Assembly: GCA_964566385.1 (NCBI GenBank)
Contig: CAZMJD010000004.1
Span: forward strand, 1-24,912
DNA: 24,912 nt
From: an uncultured Candidatus Poseidoniales archaeon
Lineage (GTDB): Archaea > Thermoplasmatota > Poseidoniia > Poseidoniales > CAYMED01
Direction of reading: 5' to 3'
The first letter of the stretch is position 1. The number at the start of each line of letters is the position of its first letter. Below, piece by piece: positions 8,748 to 17,300 of this stretch. The position numbers were made by a program, and so were the translations under genes. The notes beneath the pieces are model-generated. The model had not been told where the DNA came from. It searched no databases and saw only the letters and a program-made list of their open reading frames with translations.

Positions 8748-9790
8748 CGGTCCGACTCCTGAATGGCAAGGAGGCGATGGACATCTTCATCGCGACCGAG
8801 GGAGCGATACAGTTGAATTGCTTGAGAATAGGCACCAGCATCCTCGAGATCCTTGGCTCTCTCGAACACCTGCGCCCGTTGCTCCCAACCCATCGCTTCT
8901 CGCGTCTGACGAGCGCGGAGGCGTAATTCATCAGAACGTTGCATTTCGGCATCCGAGGCGTTCAACCACCGTATCAGACCCTGGCGGTCAGCAACGAGCA
9001 GCCCATCGGAACCATTGCTCTCCACCCAATCAACTGAGGCTTCAAGCAGAGGCGTATCATCGTCTTCGGCGGGCACCTTACGCAATTCTCCACTAACATC
9101 GATAGCAATCCACCCATCATGGACTGGAGCTGCACTGGTCGGGTCGAGCATGTCGGGAACTCGAGCATGATCAAGATGGTCCCAGCCCCATGGGTTTGGT
9201 CGACCGACATACAGGCGTCCATCGGGGGTTGCAAGAAGGACTGAATTGCTTCGCATCGGACTCACCCAAGCCCAAACGCGGTCCTCAATGAATCGACGCT
9301 GACCCTCGCCCTCAACGAGCACTACTGCAAGACGCCCATCGACCGCATGGGATAACAGATGTTCGCGATCGAACCATCCCGCGATCGAACGCACCCCACC
9401 CGCGCGTAGTCGTCGAATACCTCTGCCATGTTCTGCAAAGAGATGGAGGTGATCCCCCCTGTCAGCTGCGAGCCAGCCCCCACCGGGTCGCGCAGACACA
9501 CAGCGGAATCCACCTGGAACTCGGCGTGAATCAAGACGAGGCTCTCCATCCTTCCTATCGAGCAGCCACATATCTGGTCCTGATAGAGCTGCAACCGTAT
9601 CTCCTGCAACCTTCACCTGATACACCGAGGTACGCAACCGGTGTGACCATTTCACCACTCCATCCTCGGAGATATGTACCACATCATGGCCTGAAGCAAC
9701 GAACACATCACGCCCATCGACTGCCAATGAAGTCACAGGACCATCGAGCAGGGATGACCACGCTACTGTGTAAGCCGATTCTTCGATCAT
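8744..9790 (-). CDS. Hypothetical protein, probable beta-propeller (WD40/PQQ-like) with helical C-terminus
   Basis: 348 aa, coupled by ATGA overlaps on both sides and preceded by AGGAGGTG. Repeated short beta-strand-like units with Trp/Asp (e.g. VVKWSHRL, WLAADRGD, WVESNGSD, LIRWL). Fold is inferred. Confidence 0.55.
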   Translation of the reverse strand: MIEESAYTVAWSSLLDGPVTSLAVDGRDVFVASGHDVVHISEDGVVKWSHRLRTSVYQVKVAGDTVAALSGPDMWLLDRKDGEPRLDSRRVPGGFRCVSARPGGGWLAADRGDHLHLFAEHGRGIRRLRAGGVRSIAGWFDREHLLSHAVDGRLAVVLVEGEGQRRFIEDRVWAWVSPMRSNSVLLATPDGRLYVGRPNPWGWDHLDHARVPDMLDPTSAAPVHDGWIAIDVSGELRKVPAEDDDTPLLEASVDWVESNGSDGLLVADRQGLIRWLNASDAEMQRSDELRLRARQTREAMGWEQRAQVFERAKDLEDAGAYSQAIQLYRSLGRDEDVHRLLAIQESDR

Positions 9791-11235
9791 CCCACCTCCT
9801 TTGCTTCAAGTTCTGCGATCAGTGCATTCGATTCTGTATTTAGCTCAAAGAGGCGACGTCGACCCTCTTTACGAGAGAGGAGCCAGCCTTCACGCGTAAG
9901 ATGATTCAGAATCTGTGAGAGGCGGGGACGACCAACCCCGAGATGTTCAAGAAGTTCTCTATCAGATGGGGAAAGAGGACCCACTCTAGCTCGCAGGAGC
10001 AGAGATCTCTCGTTCTTCTTGAGATGATTCGTATCCAAAGGAGGAGCGGCCTGATCAGGAATGTCAGCAATCAGAGGTGCTATTGGTTCGCTAGCGGATT
10101 GAATCGAGGGGCCTTTCAGCTCGGGGACTGGAACCTGACCCAGAGATCGCATCTCGGCATCTTCCATGGCATCGGTGGTGACTCGATGACGTTGACTCAA
10201 TCCACCAAAAGAGCCCGAGACTGAAGGAGGAGGTGTGGTGAAACCACCACCAGTTAACTCAGCACCTGCATGCTCATCCACCCAAGGAACTGACGGAAGA
10301 GGGAGGGCTCCTTCGTCGACACGGGGCGCTTCAAATGCTTCGGCAGCGAGTTCAGAATCACCTGGAAGAGGTTGCTGAGTAGTGGTCCATTCGGCAGTCG
10401 TGGTAGCAATACCTGCACCCGCCACCATCACTTCCTGAGAGGATAATGGCACAGATTCGTCGATTTCAGATGCAAGACTCTTCTCCCGTAAACGCATCCG
10501 TAGTTCAGTGACATCAGCATGCTCAGCTCGATCCAATCGGCGAACATCGATGTAATCTCTCATGAGACGAACAACCTTGGCGGGCAAACCCCCTGACTGT
10601 TCCATGACGGCAGCGATGAGGCCTTCAGGGGCAGACCAAGGTTGCGATGTAGCGCCTTGGATGCGAGCCTCAATCAATGAAGCCACCACCTTCTCATCGA
10701 ACTCGGCGACTGGATCGAGTACCTCGAACTGGTCGATAAGATGTTCATCGAACTGCGCGTATTGATCATCTGTCACTGCTACAACAATGACTGCATCCAA
10801 GCGCCGAAGAAGGGACTGCGTGCGTTTGAACAGACCACTGAACACGTCTGGTGCAAGGGATGGGTCATCGAACATGAGCAAGGCTAACTCACCTGAAGAC
10901 GAAGGTGTGGTGGAGGCGATGATCTGATCGATGATCGATGCTCGGCCTCCATTCGGCGAGTCGAAGCCTACGAGAGTGCAGTACATCTCAGAGAGAAAAC
11001 GATCAATGCAACCATCTTCGGGCAACATGCTGTGAATATAGGACGTCTCCGCCATACCTGCTACTGAACCCAGCAGACTGGTCCGACCACCACCGCGTGG
11101 CCCTTTGATGAGGAAGTGTCGGGGTGTCCCGAATCGTACGGCCTCAAAGATACGACGAACCATCGCATCCCGACCGACGAAGAGGTTGCCTTCCCCAGCT
11201 CTGAGAGGGCGAAGTGCAAAGGGATTCTGACGCAT
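9787..11235 (-). CDS. P-loop (AAA-like) ATPase-domain protein with low-complexity linker and C-terminal winged-helix DNA-binding domain
   Basis: N-terminal NPF, Walker-A-like GPRGGGRTS (11077-11103), Walker-B-like LLMFDD, GGLPAKVV and C-terminal LLEHLGVGRPRLSQILNHLTREGWLLSRKEGRRRLFEL (about 9787-10023). ATG at 11235 has a GAGGTG ribosome-binding site upstream. Confidence 0.7.
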   Translation of the reverse strand: MRQNPFALRPLRAGEGNLFVGRDAMVRRIFEAVRFGTPRHFLIKGPRGGGRTSLLGSVAGMAETSYIHSMLPEDGCIDRFLSEMYCTLVGFDSPNGGRASIIDQIIASTTPSSSGELALLMFDDPSLAPDVFSGLFKRTQSLLRRLDAVIVVAVTDDQYAQFDEHLIDQFEVLDPVAEFDEKVVASLIEARIQGATSQPWSAPEGLIAAVMEQSGGLPAKVVRLMRDYIDVRRLDRAEHADVTELRMRLREKSLASEIDESVPLSSQEVMVAGAGIATTTAEWTTTQQPLPGDSELAAEAFEAPRVDEGALPLPSVPWVDEHAGAELTGGGFTTPPPSVSGSFGGLSQRHRVTTDAMEDAEMRSLGQVPVPELKGPSIQSASEPIAPLIADIPDQAAPPLDTNHLKKNERSLLLRARVGPLSPSDRELLEHLGVGRPRLSQILNHLTREGWLLSRKEGRRRLFELNTESNALIAELEAKEVG

Positions 11236-11236
11236 G

Positions 11237-11263
11237 GGTGGAAACTCCACCTCAGATTCTGAG
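11237..11263. promoter_or_regulatory. Two adjacent short inverted repeats over the RBS of the ATPase-wHTH gene
   Basis: GGTGGA-AAC-TCCACC (11237-11251) and CTCAG-ATT-CTGAG (11251-11263). The first pairs with part of the GAGGTG RBS on the minus strand. Confidence 0.35.
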
Positions 11264-11307
11264 ACCACGTATGTGTGCCGCTCGACTCGGTATATGTTAT
11301 TTCGGTT

Positions 11308-11443
11308 GATTAACATGTCAATAAGGGGGGTTTTAACGCGTTCATCGATGAACCAAATGGCCTTAGAGGGATTAGATTAACATGTCAATAATGCGTTACT
11401 GCAAACTGTTAACGCAATGTTAACGTGTTAATTAACATGTTAG
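11308..11443. repeat. Array of near-palindromic 12-bp boxes (TTAACRYGTYAA-like), including an exact 17-bp direct repeat, in an AT-rich divergent intergenic region
   Basis: GATTAACATGTCAATAA at 11308-11324 and 11375-11391; TTAACGCGTTCA 11333-11344; TTAACGTGTTAA 11420-11431; TTAACATGTTAG 11432-11443; TGTTAACG at 11407 and 11418. Hand count gives about 35% GC over 11291-11440. Confidence 0.9.
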
Positions 11444-11506
11444 CGCCCCATCAATCCCCAAGATAATCACATCAATCATCAAACGCATTGACCTACTCCG
11501 AGCACC

Positions 11507-12802
11507 ATGCCCGTCGAAGATTCCCGAATCCCAGGCTTCTACAGACTCTCGGTCGATGAACGACGTGATGAAGCCGCACAGCGTGCCGGACTGACCCACG
11601 AACAGAAAGACGCATGGGGATCTACCGCTGAATTGGACGAGGGAGCAGCCGATCGTATTATCGAGAACGTCGTTGGCACCATGTCGCTCCCCATCGGCGT
11701 GGCCACTAACTTCATTGTCGACGGCAAGGATCACCTCATCCCCTTCGTTCTTGAAGAGCCTTCAGTGGTTGCTGCCGCATCGAATATGGCGAAACGTTGT
11801 CGAAGTATGGGAGGGTTCACCTCTGACTGCGACGACCCAGTCATGATTGGCCAGATACAGATTATCGATTTGCCCGATCCAAAGTCGGCCGTAACTGCCG
11901 TAGCCGCTGCCGAGCAAGACCTCATCTCCCGGTGCAACGCCGTAGACCCCATACTGGTCAAATTCGGCGGCGGATGTCAGAGAATCGAACCACGCCTTAT
12001 CGAGACCCGTTCCGGCCCTATGCTCATCCTCCACTTACATGTGGACTGCCGGGACGCTATGGGGGCGAACGCAGTGAACACAATGGCAGAGACCATTGCC
12101 CCGGTTGTAGGCGATCTGACCGGCGGCACACCTGTTCTGAAGATCATTAGTAATCTTGCTGTTCACCGCCTAGCTCGCGTCAAAGCCATTTTCTCAGCCA
12201 AGGATATGGCTGATTCAGGCCAAAGTGCCGAGCAAGGACAAGAAGTCATCAATGGAGTCATCAAAGCCTATCACTTCGCTGAAGCTGACCCATACCGGGC
12301 AACAACACACAACAAAGGCATCATGAATGCCATTTCTGCTATCGCCATAGCCTGTGGACAGGATTGGAGGGCAATCGAGGCTGGAGCTCACAGCTATGCA
12401 TCTCATGAACGCGTATATGGTTCGCTGACAACATGGGAGAAGGATGCGGAAGGAAACCTTGTCGGCACAATCGAGTTACCAATGGCAGTCGGGCTTGTCG
12501 GTGGCGCTGTGCGCGTCCATCCTGCTGCCAAAGCTAACATCGCCTTACTTGGCATCGAGACCGCGGGCGAACTCGCTGCCGTCATGGCAGCAGCAGGCCT
12601 TGCACAGAATCTAGGTGCACTCCGCGCACTCGCTACCGTCGGTATCCAAGCCGGTCACATGAAGCTGCACGTACGCAACATGGCAGCGACAGCAGGTGCA
12701 ATAGGAGATGAGATCGACGAGGTGGCAGCAATGGTCAATGCAAAAGGAGAACGTGTGACCATGGAAGCCGTCGAGAAGGCCCTACAAGATATCAGGAGTT
12801 AG
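11507..12802 (+). CDS. hmgA: Hydroxymethylglutaryl-CoA reductase, class II
   Basis: SRIPGFY, IIENVVG, EEPSVVAAAS, DAMGANAVNT, HNKGIMN, DWRAIEAGAH and GIQAGHMKLH are class II HMGR motifs. Confidence 0.96.
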   Translation: MPVEDSRIPGFYRLSVDERRDEAAQRAGLTHEQKDAWGSTAELDEGAADRIIENVVGTMSLPIGVATNFIVDGKDHLIPFVLEEPSVVAAASNMAKRCRSMGGFTSDCDDPVMIGQIQIIDLPDPKSAVTAVAAAEQDLISRCNAVDPILVKFGGGCQRIEPRLIETRSGPMLILHLHVDCRDAMGANAVNTMAETIAPVVGDLTGGTPVLKIISNLAVHRLARVKAIFSAKDMADSGQSAEQGQEVINGVIKAYHFAEADPYRATTHNKGIMNAISAIAIACGQDWRAIEAGAHSYASHERVYGSLTTWEKDAEGNLVGTIELPMAVGLVGGAVRVHPAAKANIALLGIETAGELAAVMAAAGLAQNLGALRALATVGIQAGHMKLHVRNMAATAGAIGDEIDEVAAMVNAKGERVTMEAVEKALQDIRS

Positions 12803-13355
12803 TTGGAGGGTCATTGACTGACACCGTGGAAGGAGTGTCGAGACCTATGGCACCTGCTTTCTCGCGGAACCAGGCCCGTACATCCTTGGGCGACGTATGG
12901 GGACAACCAAAATGTTCAGCGAAGCGAACCGTTGTGGTCAATCGTCTAGAGTTCCCATTCTTTCTGCGGTCGATCAGACCAGCAGTCGCCAGATCACGAA
13001 CATGATCGTAAGCCTTCTGACCAATCAGGCGTACAAGTTCGGACTGCGCCATCGGCTGATGATATGCAATGAGCGCAGCAGTGGTCAGGAGACGTTGTGG
13101 TATCTGAGCCTGGCCCGCTTCACCAAGACGGTCTGACCAACGACTGTCAATCTCAAGAATCCAGCCCTTTCCAGCCTCAGTCACACGCAGGGCACCGATG
13201 GAGCGGCGTTGATGGTGACGTTTGAGGCGTTGTACTGCATCGGCAGCCTCATTCTCTGTCAAGCCAAGTCGTTCGGCGAGTTCAGACACAGAGAGTGCTT
13301 TCTCATGCGTGAACAATAGTGCTTCAATATGGCTTGCTGCTTCATCGATATCCAT
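12792..13355 (-). CDS. scpB: Segregation and condensation protein B (kite subunit)
   Basis: IEALLF, TAALIAYHQP, YDHVRDL...GLI and TTVRFAEHFG; lies downstream of smc-scpA. Confidence 0.93.
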   Translation of the reverse strand: MDIDEAASHIEALLFTHEKALSVSELAERLGLTENEAADAVQRLKRHHQRRSIGALRVTEAGKGWILEIDSRWSDRLGEAGQAQIPQRLLTTAALIAYHQPMAQSELVRLIGQKAYDHVRDLATAGLIDRRKNGNSRRLTTTVRFAEHFGCPHTSPKDVRAWFREKAGAIGLDTPSTVSVNDPPTNS

Positions 13356-13358
13356 GAT

Positions 13359-14342
13359 TCACCCACCTCCTGAACTCACAGATGCTTGGGCCACTTCAAT
13401 ATCCGCAACCAAGGGTACTTTGCAAGTGATAGTGGCATCATCCCAAGTGGGCTTAGTCTGTTCGACCTCAAGCAATCCCCGACGAGCCATGAATAGCACA
13501 GAAATCAGGGCTGCTGCCTCAACCTCCTTGCAGTCCTCATCAGAAGCTGCATGCTCGTGTTCAGCAATCGAATTCATCAGAGTGCGCAGAGACATACTAT
13601 CACCCCCTGCACGCTCGCACAAGTGAACCATAGAGGTCCAAGAGCGCCTCAAATCAGCCTCAAGATCCTCATTATGTACTTTGGAGCTGACATGTCCGAG
13701 TGCGTCATCAACTGCCTGACGGCGCTCCTCCCTCGTAAGTTCGAGACGCATTCGAATATCTGCTTCCTCATGAGCAACGCGCAGGCCCTCTATCAATTCA
13801 CCAAGGTAGACTGGACGCCCCCCCCCGCCTCTGATTCTTGGAGACATCATTGCTTCAACTTCATCGATACGCTCACCCTTGATCATATTCGATGTGAATT
13901 CATATGAAGCGTCATCATACTCAAAGGTCCAATCATCCCAATCCATACCCTCTGTGAGTTCATCGTCCATGGAATCAAGTGCCTGTTGTCGCTCAAGCAA
14001 ACGGGTGGCCCGACCATTGAGCACACTCCAAGCCATGCGAATCAGGCGCCCACACGCCGGAAGATCGAGCCCAGATGCATCGTTGATACGCTCTGAGAAC
14101 AATTCTGCGAAGGATCGTAACTCTATCGACCAAGGATCGAGATCATGAGTATTCACTAATTCAAAGACGAGAGATACACTACGATCAAACGGATGACTGA
14201 GATCAAGATGGTGTTCAGCTTCAGCCATCGCCTCGAGCATCATGTGACGGCCTGCCTCAGGACCAATAGCTGAGTCGTCAAGCAGAGCGGTAAGTACGTC
14301 AGCATCGAATCCATCTGAACAAACAATCGCTGAATCGCTCAA
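13359..14342 (-). CDS. scpA: Segregation and condensation protein A (kleisin)
   Basis: LDPWSIEL...F motif, N-terminal helical region, RPVYLGELIEGL, and C-terminal ALISVLFMARRGLLEVEQ winged helix; overlaps the smc stop. Confidence 0.88.
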   Translation of the reverse strand: MSDSAIVCSDGFDADVLTALLDDSAIGPEAGRHMMLEAMAEAEHHLDLSHPFDRSVSLVFELVNTHDLDPWSIELRSFAELFSERINDASGLDLPACGRLIRMAWSVLNGRATRLLERQQALDSMDDELTEGMDWDDWTFEYDDASYEFTSNMIKGERIDEVEAMMSPRIRGGGGRPVYLGELIEGLRVAHEEADIRMRLELTREERRQAVDDALGHVSSKVHNEDLEADLRRSWTSMVHLCERAGGDSMSLRTLMNSIAEHEHAASDEDCKEVEAAALISVLFMARRGLLEVEQTKPTWDDATITCKVPLVADIEVAQASVSSGGG

Positions 14343-17300
14343 TCAGCCACCCCGAGATTCACAAGGCTTGGTTCTTCATCTTCTGGAATTGTGTCCAGAT
14401 TCTCTTTGTTCTGCTGCGCACGTTCAACGATGGGGCCAAGATCCTGTTCCATGTATTCATCACCATCTGATTCACCTGCATCAGCGGCTCTCCGTCGAAT
14501 CCCATCAAGCGCAACTTTGGGCACGTCGGAGACCAATTCCGGAGGTGCTTCAGGCACTCTTGGCATCTCTTCCGGATTCGGCAGAGAGGAGGCCAAGGAT
14601 TCCTTCTGAGTTGCTTCAAGCTTCTTTGCCTCTGCGAGGGCAGCCTCGCCAAGTTCAATCGCCTTCGTACGATCCAGATCCATGAGGACACGACTTACGC
14701 CATCGCCCGCGTGCGTCACGCCGATGTGATGATCTGCCAATTGCAGACTGACCTTTCGCAATGTCACCATGATGAACTGAGCCTGATGACTGACTTTCTG
14801 GCACAGCAGAGCAATGCGTTGCGCATTGTCTGAATCCAAATTCTGATCTACCTCATCCAAGTAATAGAATGGACTTGGATCATAGCGCTGCACAGAGAAG
14901 ATGAAGGCAAGGGCCGCCATTGATTTCTCCCCACCACTAAGAGCGGTGAGGCGCGTGCGCTTGTTCTTCCCAGCAGGACGTGCCACCATCAACAGACCCC
15001 CGCTGAATGGATTCTCAGGGTTCTCAAGACGCAATTCACCCGATCCTCCAGCCGAGAGGAGATCGTAGATTTCACGGAAATTCTCATCGATCTGATCGAA
15101 GACCATCGTCAATCGCTTGACTCGCTCATCCTCGAGCATGGATACAAGACTGAGAAGAGATTCGCGCTCTTCCTCAAGAGAGGTCAGATCGGTTGCGAAG
15201 GACGCTAGGCGCTGTACCGCGTCATCATATTGGTCGATGGCGTGCATATTGACAGGTCCTATCGCATCGATCTCCCGCGTGAGGCGATTGACGGATTTTG
15301 TCGCTGCGTCCACAGTCGGCAAGTCTGCCTCATCCTCTGCTGGCTGAATTTCATCCTGATTCATCTCTCCAACCACTTCCTCAAGTTCCTCGCGTATCTC
15401 TTCGATGCGACGAGAGCAGGTCGAACGACGCTGTTCATGTCGACGAATCTGATCGCTCACTCTTTCAGCTCGAACCGCTTGATCACTTCTAGTATCGTTG
15501 GCGTCATTGAGTTCATTCTGCAAGTCACGGACATCACTGGATAATTGTGCGATTTCTTCATTGACCTTTTCGAGTTGCTTTTCATCCTCAGCTCGCTGAT
15601 CAAGCAAAGATGTAGCTTCTTGACGACGTTCCTTCTGTTGTTCATCCATGGCCTCTCGCCGAGCCTGATAGCGTTCCAAGCCTTCTCGAAGGTTTGTCAC
15701 CCTACGTTCATGATCCTCAATACGTGCGACTTGTTTCTCGATCTCCATCTCTGCAGCGTGCTTGGCAGTCTCAGCCTCGCGAAGTCTAGCTGTCAAGTGG
15801 GCTGGAGTCTGTTGTTTTAGAGACTCAGAGGCTGTATCGCGAGCTTCTATCGCCTTTTCCAATGCGGCTTCAGTGTCCTTGAGAGATTGTTCAGCATTCT
15901 TGAGCGTGTTCTCAAGAACTCCCAACTCCTTTGCTCGCTTCTTTGTCAGGTCACTCGACCGCTCCAACTCTCTATTGGCATTCGACAACTCCTTATCGAG
16001 CAAGCGCCTTCGTTCCTTCACATCTGATTCAGAGGCGGTATGGATTCGCTTATGCAGGTCACGCCGTTGTTCACGCACTCTTTCGATGGCCCCTATAATC
16101 GTCTCTCCAGCCATGCGAAGACGATTGACTTCTGCCATGCACGTCTCAACCTCACTCGCTGCCCGGCCTGCTCGGCGGAAATTCAACCGCATTCCGCCTT
16201 GCTTTGAACCACCTGTCATGGCGCCTCCCGCATCGAAGACAGTACCATCCAATGAGACCATACGAACCATGCCCATCAATTCCCGGCCAACCGAAGTTGA
16301 ATCCACGAGGACGGTATCACGCAGAGTGTGCTGAACTGCAAGCTGGAAGTGCTGATTCACCTCAACAAGAGCCGAAGCCAGGCCAACGACACCATCCTTA
16401 TTGAGCAACATCGAGGCACGGCCAGCCCGGACTGGTTTGAGTTTGTTCAGCGGGAGGAAGGTTGCCCGACCAGCATTGTGTTTCTTCAGCCATTGAATAC
16501 AGGCTTGAGCGGCCGAATCATCCTCGACAACAACGTGTGCTAGGCGCCCACCGAATGCGAGGAGCAGGGCTTGAGTATGCGATTCATCAGTAGGATGGAC
16601 AAGGTCGCAGAGTGGGCCGTGAACCCCCTCAAGATCACCCGTTCTGGAAGCTTCCAAGACGGCCTCAACGGCCTGTAATGAATGTGGAAGTCCTGAACCA
16701 CTCTGTTTGGCAGCCTGTTGAGCGTCATACAACCGCCGTTGAGCATTGCGTAGACGACCTTCGTGCTCATCGCGGGATGTGGTCAGAGATTGCTCCTGTA
16801 AGTTGAGATCATGAATCTGTTTTCGTAGAGTAGATAATTCCTCTTCACCACCGGATTCTCCTTTGATCTCATCGATCTCATGCTCGATGCCTGTGACTTC
16901 TACCTGAGCATCCTCTTCTGCTTCTTCAGCGGTTGCCAGAGATTCAATGGCAAGGTTATGTGCTGCACTTGCCGCGGAGAACTCACCCTTCGCAGCACCT
17001 AGGCCATCCTCAATCGTACGAACTTCGTCCTCGAGAACACTGAGTTCCTTGCTAAGTTCTCGCACATGCCGATCACCCTTCTCTACAGATGCTTGGGCCT
17101 CAGCATGGTCTAGAGTGGACTGTTTCAGGTCACTGACTGCACCATCATGCTTACCACGGGCCTCCTCCAGTCCTTCCTCCACTTCATTCAATTGATGTTC
17201 GATATCATCGATCTCCTCAACGATTCGAGCCACTTCCAGGTCGCAGTCCTCTGCGGCCTGGCTGAGAGTTTCGACCCGATCTTTGGCACGATCAAGAGCT

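Noticed and set aside
11236-11316. 27-codon N-terminal extension of the ATPase ORF from ATG 11316
   Set aside because: That ATG lies inside the repeat box (CATG core). ATG 11235 has an RBS and gives the family-like NPF start.
11236-11330. Canonical ORB element (GTGGAAAC at 11238-11245; G6 run at 11325-11330)
   Set aside because: The two pieces are about 80 bp apart, TCCA does not precede the core, and GTGGAAAC also occurs at 902-909 in an unrelated context.
11308-11443. Mini-CRISPR array
   Set aside because: Units are only 12-17 bp, spacing is irregular and no cas genes are present.
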